Part shown: positions 29,080-38,304 of the stretch, in pieces | Layout of the letters: each line of letters begins with the position of its first letter | Position numbering within the stretch: position 1 is the first letter of the stretch | Source of the DNA: Nitrososphaerota archaeon | GTDB lineage: Archaea; Thermoproteota; Nitrososphaeria; Nitrososphaerales; Nitrosopumilaceae | DNA: 64,000 bases | Direction of reading: 5' to 3' | NCBI GenBank assembly: GCA_028867755.1 | Contig: JAGWFT010000001.1 | Coordinates: forward strand, 228,727-292,726 | The notes under the pieces: model-generated | Databases searched by the model: none | Told to the model about the DNA's origin: nothing | The model's input: the letters and a program-made list of their open reading frames with translations, nothing else | Position numbers and translations under genes: made by a program

Positions 29080-30228
29080 CTAGTCTCTTTTCAGCGCGTC
29101 AATTACCTGTAAAATCTCTGATTCTGTATTGAAAAAGTGCGGCGAAGATCTAATCACTTTCTTGGAAAATATCTCTCGCACAGCAAGTATCATGTTTTCC
29201 TTTTCAAGCCTCTTGACTACTAATTCGGGGTTCTTGCCCTCGATGGCAAAAGAGACTATGCTTGTTCTCCTGTTGTCCTCTTGGGGTCCAAACAGGGTAA
29301 TGCCTCGCATCCTTGATAGCTCCTCACGCATCATGTTTGCAAGTTTGATGTTTTGGCTTCTTATCTTATCAATGCCTATCTTGAGAAGAAAGTTCACAGA
29401 TGCCTCAAGCCCTGCAGCTCCTACCCAATTGCGAAATCCTGCCTGAAACCTTGCAGGCATTTCCTTGTGGACTATCTTATTATCATGAAAAATTGCAGAC
29501 TCACCACCCACCTGTAGTGGCTCTATCAACTCGCTTGATTCTTTTTTGCAAAAAAATATTCCCATGCCCATCGGGCCACACAACCACTTTGAGCCATTAA
29601 AAGACATGAAATTGCATTTTATCTTGTTTACATCAACATCATTGATGCATCCAACCGTTTGCGCAGCATCAATAAAGTAAGGTATGTTTTTTTCTGCAAG
29701 ATAGTTGCCTATCTCTTCCACCGGAAGGATTGCCCCGGTGTTAAACAACGCATGGCTTAGGACAACAAGCTGTGTGTTGTCATCTGTCATCTTCTTTAAC
29801 GAGTCAAGATCAAAATATCCAGTCTCATCAATAGATATCTCCCTTAGCTCTATTTTTTGACCAGCCCTTACCCAAGGATAGTGGTTTGCAGGATGTTCAT
29901 GATTTGAACCCCGTGTTATGATGTTGGATTTTGGCTTGAATTTCATACCATTAGCTACAAAGTTTATCCCATCAGTCACGCTTTGCGTTAGAATTACTTC
30001 TTCATGGCTGCACTTGATTATCTTTGAAATTGATTTACGCAGGTTGTTAAGCCGCTCTTTTACATAATTGTCTGACAATTCAGAATCAGGGCCATATTCA
30101 TTATATTTTACCAGAAAATCATTCATTGTTTCTATGCCAGTTCTTGGCATTCGTGATGTGGATGCATTGTTTAGATAAATTCTAGCCCGGTAGGGAAATT
30201 CTTGTGCAAAGTCAGAGCTCAAGTTCAT
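29080..30228 (-). CDS. PLP-dependent class V aminotransferase (SufS-like fold)
   Basis: YLNNAST, EHPAN, IDAAQ and GSKWLCGP motifs. Confidence 0.88.
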   Translation of the reverse strand: MNLSSDFAQEFPYRARIYLNNASTSRMPRTGIETMNDFLVKYNEYGPDSELSDNYVKERLNNLRKSISKIIKCSHEEVILTQSVTDGINFVANGMKFKPKSNIITRGSNHEHPANHYPWVRAGQKIELREISIDETGYFDLDSLKKMTDDNTQLVVLSHALFNTGAILPVEEIGNYLAEKNIPYFIDAAQTVGCINDVDVNKIKCNFMSFNGSKWLCGPMGMGIFFCKKESSELIEPLQVGGESAIFHDNKIVHKEMPARFQAGFRNWVGAAGLEASVNFLLKIGIDKIRSQNIKLANMMREELSRMRGITLFGPQEDNRRTSIVSFAIEGKNPELVVKRLEKENMILAVREIFSKKVIRSSPHFFNTESEILQVIDALKRD

Positions 30229-30254
30229 TATTATATTACAATTTGGTACCTATT

Positions 30255-30869
30255 GTGTTGTTTAAAAATCATAACAATGAATCTGAGAATTCTCCAAAAT
30301 TAAAAGACATTCTTTCACAAGTACAGATTAACTCTGTTTTGTATTCTGATCCATTTCTCAAAGCAGGATTCATATCAAAACTTGTCAGTGAGATGAAAAC
30401 TGATGTATTGTACTTGGATCTTGATTTGTTGTACAGTGGATATGTCATATCTGGCACAATCCCGTCACAAGAAAATCTTATCTTGTATCAGCCTTCTGAG
30501 CATACAATTAGCGATATACTAACAAAAATTTTAGTCAAGGCAAGTACGTCTCAAGTGCTAGTCATAATAGACTCAATCAATGGTCTCTTCAACATATTAA
30601 ATCACAAAAAAGAAGTTGGAAAGGTGGTAGCCTCAATTGTTGTGCTACTTGCAAGCATCACCCGTGTTACCAAATCATATATCGTCATATCCAGTATGGC
30701 AAGATACAAAAAAGAAGAAGGTTGGGTTTTGTCTCCAACTGGAAAACGATTCATCGAGACAAAAAACAGCAAGAAAATTTTGCTTGAACAGGGAAAGGAA
30801 GGAATCATTGTAAATCTTTTGGATGATTCAAGCAAAATTTTGCTTCCAGCAAGCTCTATTCTGATCTAG
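30255..30869 (+). CDS. Hypothetical protein, degenerate RecA/KaiC-like fold
   Basis: VLYLDLD and VIIDSING (Walker-B-like) with no GxxxxGKT; start trimmed to GTG 30255 to remove overlap. Confidence 0.65.
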   Translation: MLFKNHNNESENSPKLKDILSQVQINSVLYSDPFLKAGFISKLVSEMKTDVLYLDLDLLYSGYVISGTIPSQENLILYQPSEHTISDILTKILVKASTSQVLVIIDSINGLFNILNHKKEVGKVVASIVVLLASITRVTKSYIVISSMARYKKEEGWVLSPTGKRFIETKNSKKILLEQGKEGIIVNLLDDSSKILLPASSILI

Positions 30870-31147
30870 TCAAGTCTCTTGATTATGTGATATCCAAACT
30901 GTGTTTTTACAATATCAGAAATTTGGCCTTTTTCCAATGTAAATGCAGCCTTCTCAAACTCTTTTACCATGACACCACGTCCAAAAAGACCCAAATCCCC
31001 ACCTCTCTTTTTTGAGACATCGATTGAATACTGCTGGGCAAGCTTTGAGAAGCTCTCGCCGCTTGATAATTTTGTTTTGATCTCTTGAGCCACACTCAAC
31101 TTTTCTACCAGTATGTGCGCACAGTGAATCTTGGTTACCATTATCAA
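30866..31147 (-). CDS. Parvulin-type peptidyl-prolyl isomerase
   Basis: CAHILV, FSKLAQQYS, GGDLG, MVKEFE and TQFGYHII motifs. Confidence 0.95.
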   Translation of the reverse strand: MIMVTKIHCAHILVEKLSVAQEIKTKLSSGESFSKLAQQYSIDVSKKRGGDLGLFGRGVMVKEFEKAAFTLEKGQISDIVKTQFGYHIIKRLD

Positions 31148-31315
31148 CAGGTTGTTGGCAAATTATAAAAAATCCTCGGTCAAAACTAAGTCTCTTATTC
31201 TAAGTTTTTAGAATGAGCCGATCAAAATCTAACACTGTTATAAAATTCCCAAACGCCGTTATAACATCGATTTTCTCAGCAAGTTATATTAAGATCTGTT
31301 CGCGAAGTACTAAAC

Positions 31316-31615
31316 ATGCCAGTTGGAATTATTCCAGATATCGGCGAACAAATGTGCATAGGATGTGCACTCTGCGTAGAGATTTGTACATCACTAGGCC
31401 CAGACGTATTAAGAGTAAAACCAGTAGAGGGCTGGAAGAGAGGTAAAGCATTTGTATTTTATCCAGAGAGATGCATCTCAGACGGTGCATGCATCGGCGT
31501 TTGCCCAACAAAGGCAATCTTCTGGATGAGACCAATGGACTTTACTCCAGGACAGCCAGTCCCACTATACAGAAACTCTGTATTCGTCAAAGGTTGGACT
31601 GAACTAGTCGAATAG
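31316..31615 (+). CDS. Dicluster 4Fe-4S ferredoxin
   Basis: CIGCALCVEIC and CISDGACIGVCP. Confidence 0.93.
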   Translation: MPVGIIPDIGEQMCIGCALCVEICTSLGPDVLRVKPVEGWKRGKAFVFYPERCISDGACIGVCPTKAIFWMRPMDFTPGQPVPLYRNSVFVKGWTELVE

Positions 31616-31693
31616 GTCTAACATTAACTCCTTTTTATTATTCTCACCCTAACCTTCGGTTTCTAAATATATGGAATGGAATAATCTCTAGCA

Positions 31694-32188
31694 ATGAGCA
31701 AACCAGGAAATCTCTGGAGAAAAGTACACGGCAAAATTGCAAAAAAACCTACCAACTTTAGTTGGCTACTTGACAACGAGCTTGCTGGTAGCGGGATGCC
31801 AACCACACCATCAGAAATTAACTGGGTGGTAAAGCAGGGAGTCAAATCAATAATTACAATGACAGAAGAATCCTTGCCGGATTCATGGGTGAAAGATATC
31901 AAGTACTTGCACGTGCCAACAGAAGATCTCTCAGCTCCTGACATGGAACAAATTGATCAAGCAGTAGAGTTCATCTACGAAAGAATTCAAAATAATGAGC
32001 CTGTCATGGTTCATTGTGCTGCAGGGATAGGAAGGACTGGGACCATACTGGCGTGCTATCTTGTAAAGTATAACAAATTATCTGCAAAGGACGCTATAGA
32101 AAAAGTGCGAAAAGAAAGACCAGGTTCGATTCAATCCGAATCTCAGGAACTAGCAATCAGCCTGTATTACAAGCATATTCACATGTAG
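31694..32188 (+). CDS. Dual-specificity protein phosphatase
   Basis: VHCAAGIGRTG (CX5R) motif. Confidence 0.93.
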   Translation: MSKPGNLWRKVHGKIAKKPTNFSWLLDNELAGSGMPTTPSEINWVVKQGVKSIITMTEESLPDSWVKDIKYLHVPTEDLSAPDMEQIDQAVEFIYERIQNNEPVMVHCAAGIGRTGTILACYLVKYNKLSAKDAIEKVRKERPGSIQSESQELAISLYYKHIHM

Positions 32189-32344
32189 CTACTCTGGTAT
32201 TGATGTAGTTACCATCTTTCCATTTTCAAGTTTGATGAAGAGGTATCTGTTATCCTTGAAGATCAAGGTTATCTCGTTGTCTTTTTCAGACTTGTCTTCA
32301 ACTTCAAGCAATTCCTGTCCTCTAACACCGTCGAATTTTGCCAT
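32189..32344 (-). CDS. Small hypothetical protein (51 aa, not in ORF track)
   Basis: Manual translation MAKFDGVRGQELLEVEDKSEKDNEITLIFKDNRYLFIKLENGKMVTTSIPE*; fills the gap between neighbours. Confidence 0.75.
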   Translation of the reverse strand: MAKFDGVRGQELLEVEDKSEKDNEITLIFKDNRYLFIKLENGKMVTTSIPE

Positions 32345-32373
32345 GATGTCACTCTGGTATTTCCATTTATATC

Positions 32374-32916
32374 CTATTTGGTGATTTCAATCTCTATTTC
32401 TTTAGAGTTTGACTTGGTATCAACTTCATCGGCATAATCATGCTTGAACCAGGAGACATAGACCTCTGCTCCAATCTTGTGTTTTCCAGGGCCAAGCTCA
32501 GATGCCTTGATCTCCATTTTCTCATCAAAATCAAGAAGCATCTGTTGTGCTTCTGTTTGATTTACTGGTATGTGTGGTTCAAAGTTCTTGGATATCTGTA
32601 CCCAGACCTTCTTTTCTGCCATCTGGGTAAGCTTTGGATTTCTTGTCCAAAAAAGAGCTGCCTTTTTGTATGTATCAAGCGAAGTTCCTATCTCACGTTT
32701 TCTCAATCCGCCTGAGTAGAGCTTGACGCCGTACTTTAGCTTGAATACGTTATCATGCTTGTTGTATGCTCTTTCCCAATTTTTTTCATTGAATGCTTCA
32801 CGAAGCCCTCCGGTCACGGAGAATTTCACGTTTATTGTTATGTTATCGTCCATGCTGAATTTATCAGCAGTTTTTTCTAACAAAACCTCACCAATTGCGT
32901 TCTTTTCGTTTGTCAA
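32374..32916 (-). CDS. Conserved hypothetical protein
   Basis: 180-aa ORF with a beta-sandwich-like pattern. Confidence 0.75.
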   Translation of the reverse strand: MTNEKNAIGEVLLEKTADKFSMDDNITINVKFSVTGGLREAFNEKNWERAYNKHDNVFKLKYGVKLYSGGLRKREIGTSLDTYKKAALFWTRNPKLTQMAEKKVWVQISKNFEPHIPVNQTEAQQMLLDFDEKMEIKASELGPGKHKIGAEVYVSWFKHDYADEVDTKSNSKEIEIEITK

Positions 32917-32962
32917 CTCTTCGTAATGATTTATATCCTCAATAAGTATTTTTTTGACTTAC

Positions 32963-33244
32963 ATGGACGTTCAGGTTAAAAAGTCTTCTTCAAGGGAAGT
33001 TCTGTTAGATATACAAAAATCTGACATAAGTACTCTATACATCGTCCAACACGAATTGCTCAAGGACTCTGCAGTGGAATTTGCAGGTGTAGTGCTAAGA
33101 CATCCACTAACCAAAGAATTTGCAATGCGTGTAAATACGTCCAAGGGCAATCCGATCAAGGAAATTGAAAAGGCTATCAAGGCCGCAATAGATTATTCTG
33201 ATGAGATAAAAAAAGCAATTAATTCAAAAATTAAAGGTGCGTAG
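32963..33244 (+). CDS. rpoL: RNA polymerase subunit Rpo11 (RpoL)
   Basis: ELLKDSAVEFAG…HPLT pattern; directly upstream of tfs. Confidence 0.82.
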   Translation: MDVQVKKSSSREVLLDIQKSDISTLYIVQHELLKDSAVEFAGVVLRHPLTKEFAMRVNTSKGNPIKEIEKAIKAAIDYSDEIKKAINSKIKGA

Positions 33245-33559
33245 ATGAAATTCTGCCCCAAGTGTAATGCTAGGCTTAAGCTAGCTGACTCAGAGTCTGA
33301 ATTTGTATGTCCTAAATGTGGTTATAGCGAGAAAGGTACCAAGGCAACAAAACACGCAAAGGCAGAGGACCGCTCTACAATCAACATACTTGATGAAAAA
33401 GAGAAAAAAGAAACATTGCCTGTCATAAAGATCGAATGTACAAAATGTGGTCATAACGAAGCTGTATGGTGGATGCTTCAGACCAGAAGTGCAGATGAGC
33501 CCACCACTCAATTCTATCGTTGTGTTAGTTGCAGCTACACTTGGAGAAATTACGCATAA
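33245..33559 (+). CDS. tfs: Transcription factor S
   Basis: Two zinc ribbons, QTRSADEP motif. Confidence 0.95.
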   Translation: MKFCPKCNARLKLADSESEFVCPKCGYSEKGTKATKHAKAEDRSTINILDEKEKKETLPVIKIECTKCGHNEAVWWMLQTRSADEPTTQFYRCVSCSYTWRNYA

Positions 33560-33594
33560 AGTTTAACTTGAACGTACTAGAGATGTGAATAAGT

Positions 33595-34341
33595 TTGGTA
33601 TTTTCCGCAAAGACTGGAGGTTCTGATGAATGGAAAGCAGTAATATCTGCCATTTCTACACTTGTAGAAGAGGCAACCTTTGAGGCTACTGGCGAAGGAA
33701 TTGCTTTTCGAGGAATGGATCCTTCCCATGTTGCATTAATTGATATTGCATGGCCTAACTCTGCATTTGAAAAATATGTCTGCGACGAAGACGTAAAGTT
33801 TGGCGTAAGAATAGATGAGTTTGCCAAGCTGATCAAGAGGGCTGATAAAAAAGAGAACATAGAGATTAGCATTTCAGAGGAAAAATTATTGCTTGTCACT
33901 ATTGGTAAAAATAAGAAATACAAAATGAGGTTGATTGAAAGTTCTGCCACAGACACTCCTTTACCAAAAATCTCTTACAATGCAAAGGTTGCTGTAACTT
34001 CAGCTGAATTTGATAAAATTCTGGGCGATGTTCAGGTGGTTTCAGAATATCTTTCAATCAATGCAAGTTCGAGCAAGGCAGAATTTTCTGGCAGAGGTGA
34101 CTCGGGAGAGGCAGTGGTTACGCTAGAGAAGGGAATGCCTGAGATGCCAGAAATTGAGGTCAAAGAAGACAGTACAGCCACATACAGCCTTGAATATCTC
34201 AACAGCATTGTAAAGGCAGTAGGTTCTGCGGCTGGTACGGTTGTATGCGAATTCTCTACCAAGATGCCGCTAAGGTTAGAGTTTAAGGTTGCAAATATAG
34301 GTAGAATTCATTTCTATCTGGCTCCAAGAGTTGAAAGTTAA
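33595..34341 (+). CDS. pcn: DNA sliding clamp PCNA
   Basis: MDPSHVALI, YSLEYL and FYLAPRVE motifs. Confidence 0.96.
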   Translation: MVFSAKTGGSDEWKAVISAISTLVEEATFEATGEGIAFRGMDPSHVALIDIAWPNSAFEKYVCDEDVKFGVRIDEFAKLIKRADKKENIEISISEEKLLLVTIGKNKKYKMRLIESSATDTPLPKISYNAKVAVTSAEFDKILGDVQVVSEYLSINASSSKAEFSGRGDSGEAVVTLEKGMPEMPEIEVKEDSTATYSLEYLNSIVKAVGSAAGTVVCEFSTKMPLRLEFKVANIGRIHFYLAPRVES

Positions 34342-34523
34342 AGATATCCAGATTGAGAGATGAAGCAAATTCAGTAACTCTGGTCAAGCTATGACAGCCG
34401 GTAATTGTTCTATTGTTAGTCATTTTTTTACTGATATTTTTCTCAATTCTTCTCCACCCTTTCCGGTTTCTACTGCTTAATTGACACCATCAAGTATTTA
34501 TGGTAAGAAAGTAAGAATATAGT

Positions 34524-34808
34524 ATGAAAAACACGGCAACTTACGCGGAAAAGGATATCACGGTAGTTAGCGACAAGGGGCAAGTAGTCATACCGCAGTC
34601 CGTGAGAGTAAGACTCGGACTCAAGCGCAAGACAAGACTCATAGTGTACGGATACAAGGATGCTGTCATAATGAAAAAGATGGATATTCCTGACGTAATA
34701 AAAGACCTGAAGTCACTATACCAAAAGGTAGATGCTAGGGCTGCGAAATACAGCAGAATATCCGATGAAGAGATAAACGAAATAGTACAAAAGTACAGAA
34801 AGAAATAA
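34524..34808 (+). CDS. AbrB/MazE-family antitoxin (VapB-like)
   Basis: VSDKGQVVIPQSVRVRLGL motif; upstream of a PIN gene. Confidence 0.87.
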   Translation: MKNTATYAEKDITVVSDKGQVVIPQSVRVRLGLKRKTRLIVYGYKDAVIMKKMDIPDVIKDLKSLYQKVDARAAKYSRISDEEINEIVQKYRKK

Positions 34809-34822
34809 TCGGGCCAGTTTCT

Positions 34823-35230
34823 ATGAGGATCGTCCTTGACACCAACATACTGGTATCTGCAATGATAGTGGATGGAAAGCAGAGAGCTCTCTTGAATACC
34901 ATAATAACCAAAAATCATAAACTAATCATCTCAAAAAAGATCATAGAAGAGTTTGTCAAAGTAACAGCAGAATCTAAAATACGAAAATATGCTACCAAGG
35001 AGGAAGTTGCAAGATTCCTACACAATCTTTCCCTCATATCAACACTGGTTCCTGTACGATCCAGGGTAAAGGCAGTAAGGGATGAAAAAGACAATCCCAT
35101 TCTAGCAACTGCTTATGACGGCTATGCCAGCTATCTGGTAACTGGAGACGACGATCTGCTTACGTTGAAAAAGTTCAAGAGAGTGAAAATAGTGAAGGCC
35201 ATTGAGATGCTAACGATACTGGAACAGTAA
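34823..35230 (+). CDS. PIN-domain toxin (VapC-like)
   Basis: VLDTNILVS, EF, D-x-K-D-N and LVTGDDDLL acidic PIN motifs. Confidence 0.92.
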   Translation: MRIVLDTNILVSAMIVDGKQRALLNTIITKNHKLIISKKIIEEFVKVTAESKIRKYATKEEVARFLHNLSLISTLVPVRSRVKAVRDEKDNPILATAYDGYASYLVTGDDDLLTLKKFKRVKIVKAIEMLTILEQ

Positions 35231-35302
35231 AGAACAAGTTCAAGGTAAAAGAACCCAATCTGTGCATTTTTGCCTTGGAAAGCCTCTCTTGCCAAAATCC
35301 AT

Positions 35303-35785
35303 CTAAGTTTCTAGTCTAAATTCCTCAAAGTAGACCTTGCCATTCTCTACTGCCTTCTTAATGCTTTTTTGTCGTGGTGAGAGATCAGCCTCTCCAGTCT
35401 TTGCATCAATGAAAGTTATCTTGTCCACCTTGTTCTCATTGAAAAGTCCGTCAAAAGCTATAAAGTCAATTGGTTCTGCTAGAAACCTGCAATCCCTTGG
35501 TTGATGGCCAAAATTGGAGACTGTAGGTGCAAGATGCTCTAGCGTCTTTCCAATATAGACCTGTTTTGATTTTTCGATGGATTCTTGGATGATCTTCTTT
35601 TTCTTTACCTCGAACTCTTCTTGTGCCTGTCTTAATTGGTCTAACAGGTCTTGAGGTGGTTTTTTACCACTGAATATTTTAAATTCGTTCAATCTGTGGA
35701 TTGCCTGACAGTCCGGACATTGGGCATAGGTGTTCCTCTCTGCTTGTATGAAGTTGACAAGCAGCTTTGCTGCAGTATTTGGCAT
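35303..35785 (-). CDS. Holliday-junction-resolvase-like PD-(D/E)xK endonuclease with CxxC
   Basis: GKTLEHLAP…RFLAEPIDFIAFDG…FIDAKTG…LSPRQ; CPDC near N-terminus. Confidence 0.8.
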   Translation of the reverse strand: MPNTAAKLLVNFIQAERNTYAQCPDCQAIHRLNEFKIFSGKKPPQDLLDQLRQAQEEFEVKKKKIIQESIEKSKQVYIGKTLEHLAPTVSNFGHQPRDCRFLAEPIDFIAFDGLFNENKVDKITFIDAKTGEADLSPRQKSIKKAVENGKVYFEEFRLET

Positions 35786-36032
35786 TCTGTGCTATATGAC
35801 TATATATGCATAATTTGGTCTATGTCAAACTATTTTATAATATCAATCAACGGAAAACCATTGTCCTAATATGGCACTCACTAAACACCAGATTAATTCT
35901 TAAAATCAACCTACGATCGAAATGTACCAACTGCTAGTTTAAGTGAATGAAGACAATGATAGGTGCATTTGTTATAACAATTTTTCCGAGAGAAACATGT
36001 TCTTATTCTGGTTTCACCGATCTCGAATCTGA

Positions 36033-36779
36033 ATGAGAATTTTATTAAAACTCCGTTCATTGGAAACACAAAAATACGATATGGGCTATCATCATAAATT
36101 ACAAAGCTTTATCTATAAAATGCTAATGACCCAAGGCTTAACTCAAATCCATGACAAAAAAGGTTACAAGTTTTTTTGTTTTTCAAATATTTTTCCCTCA
36201 AATAACATGCATAGGGGTGATCTAAAAAGTCTAATTATTTCATCGCCTAATGAAAAAATAATTCGTGCGTTTGAGAGGCAGGCACAACAGATAAGATCCG
36301 ATCAATCTTCTATTATGATAGGAAATATGACATTTATTCTTGATAGATTTGAAGTTTTCTCATTAAATTTACCTGACGATAATGTAAGAATGATAACAGG
36401 AACCCCAATTATTATCAGGATTCCAAGGGAACGATATTTGAAATATGGGATTAATCCTGAAATTCCATATAATTATATCTTCTGGCGTAAGGAACATCCG
36501 ATTGAAATGTTTATTGAACAGATTGAGGAAAACCTAAAGAAAAAATATGAAGAGTTCACAACAAAACCTGTTGTAGAAGAAACAATACTTAGTAAAATAA
36601 AATTTCGAAAGCAGATATCAAATAAGATTCCACTCAAAGGAGATATTCAGACAATAATAGGCACTCTGTGGGAATTCGATTTTCATAAAAAAGAGAACAT
36701 GGATCTATTACAGTTTAGTTTAGATGCAGGATTTGGAGAGAGAAACTCTCTTGGTTTTGGATTTATGAATTTACAATAG
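36033..36779 (+). CDS. cas6: CRISPR RNA endonuclease Cas6
   Basis: KFFCFS motif and C-terminal GFGERNSLGFG G-loop. Confidence 0.95.
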   Translation: MRILLKLRSLETQKYDMGYHHKLQSFIYKMLMTQGLTQIHDKKGYKFFCFSNIFPSNNMHRGDLKSLIISSPNEKIIRAFERQAQQIRSDQSSIMIGNMTFILDRFEVFSLNLPDDNVRMITGTPIIIRIPRERYLKYGINPEIPYNYIFWRKEHPIEMFIEQIEENLKKKYEEFTTKPVVEETILSKIKFRKQISNKIPLKGDIQTIIGTLWEFDFHKKENMDLLQFSLDAGFGERNSLGFGFMNLQ

Positions 36780-36813
36780 ATATTCTTAAAAATTACAATA
36801 GGATGCTGTCTTT

Positions 36814-38304
36814 GTGGAAATAATTTTCAAAAGAACTGGAGATTTTTGGATTGATTTGGGCATCATCTCTCTTTGGACTAGATTGGCCTCACAGGCCTCT
36901 AAACGAGGATCATCATATGTTACTCAGGTGAAGAGACATGGGAGATATGGTAAAGACATTCCAGTATTGAAGGTCATACTTTCTCCCGACCAATTATCTT
37001 TGATAGCCGAAAAAGAAAATGCCATTGTGGAGGAGTTAGATAAGACTTGCGTGAAGCTTTGCAATGATTATATAAGAAAAGCAAGTACTGGCAGAAACTG
37101 GTGGTGGGGAATTTCTAATTTTTTCTTCAAAAATACAAAACCGGAATCATTTTTTAAAAATCCTGAAGATATGGTTAAAGAACAGAAAGGTAAATGGAGT
37201 AAAGAAACATGCAATTTTTGTGGCCTTGAAAGAATGGTAAAAGATCTGGGAACTACTGAACACCCATTAGTTGTAACAAGTAAAAAATTCCAAAGTTTTT
37301 ACTCTGAGTTATCTACTAGTGTAAAGATATGTAATTATTGTACATTTGTAACAAAATTTGTTCCAACAAAGTTATTCTTCAATACTGGCAGAAATGCTAT
37401 TCTTGCAATGATGTTTGAAAGCTCGGATCTAATTACTTTAAATAATTTATATATTGAATTATCACGACTTTTCGCAGAGGCAAACGAATATGGAAACTTC
37501 CCAAACGTCCTTTCTTGGACTCAATATCCTGCAGAAACTTTCATGAATTTTCTATGTGCAATAAAAATAGAAACGACTAATTCAAATATTTTAAAAAATA
37601 CTCTTGAAAAGTTAGAGAATAGTAAAGCACATGTAATAAAAGGAACACTCGGACAAGGTCTTATAATTGCTAATTATATAATTATTCCAAATCTTTTCAA
37701 GACCTATAATTTTATTGAGCATTGTGACTGGAAATCTAAATCTGGTAAAAAGTATAATGCACTGATTAATACTTTGAAATTTCTAATGGTTAAAACATCA
37801 ACAGGAATGGATACTATTAAAAGAGAGGAATTCTGTCACCGCATATTCTATAGTTATGATGTGACAAATCTCTTATTTGAATTTCTCATTGATAATAGCT
37901 TAGGGAAAAGTCAGACAGGCAATTTACCATCTGCAGGCTTTTCAGGATTTAATATAGAAGTATTTATCACTAAGTATGAAAAAATACTCGCGTACATGAA
38001 CCAGTATCAGATTGACATCTCAAAAGAAATTGGGGCTATGATTGGTGATCTAGCAAAGAAGACTGGGAAGAAATCATTATTGTATTCTCTTCGTAGTGCA
38101 AGAAACTTGAATGACCTCTTAGCGTTCATCAATGAGATTCTGAACAGCTATCTGGACATGATAATATTAGATCGAAATCACATAGATGGCCTTCTTAAGG
38201 CAATAGATAACTCCAATTGGTCCACATACAAGTCTCTCATAGGAATTCATGCAGTCTTGTCTTTCCTAGAAAATAATGAATTAGTAGAGGTAAAAAGCAG
38301 ATGA
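36814..38304 (+). CDS. cas8b1: Type I-B large subunit Cas8b1 (Cst1, CxxC-CxxC)
   Basis: N-terminal TGDFWIDLG, CNFCG and CNYC pairs; position between cas6 and cas7. Confidence 0.8.
   Translation: MEIIFKRTGDFWIDLGIISLWTRLASQASKRGSSYVTQVKRHGRYGKDIPVLKVILSPDQLSLIAEKENAIVEELDKTCVKLCNDYIRKASTGRNWWWGISNFFFKNTKPESFFKNPEDMVKEQKGKWSKETCNFCGLERMVKDLGTTEHPLVVTSKKFQSFYSELSTSVKICNYCTFVTKFVPTKLFFNTGRNAILAMMFESSDLITLNNLYIELSRLFAEANEYGNFPNVLSWTQYPAETFMNFLCAIKIETTNSNILKNTLEKLENSKAHVIKGTLGQGLIIANYIIIPNLFKTYNFIEHCDWKSKSGKKYNALINTLKFLMVKTSTGMDTIKREEFCHRIFYSYDVTNLLFEFLIDNSLGKSQTGNLPSAGFSGFNIEVFITKYEKILAYMNQYQIDISKEIGAMIGDLAKKTGKKSLLYSLRSARNLNDLLAFINEILNSYLDMIILDRNHIDGLLKAIDNSNWSTYKSLIGIHAVLSFLENNELVEVKSR

Noticed and set aside
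29080-30228. Calling the class V PLP enzyme sufS/iscS
   Set aside because: The catalytic Cys loop is absent
35905-35919. ATCAACCTACGATCG upstream of cas6, loosely like the repeat (possible CreA-type element)
   Set aside because: Gapped partial match in AT-rich DNA with no second pseudo-repeat; the cas6-cas8 gap, the usual creTA site, is only 34 nt
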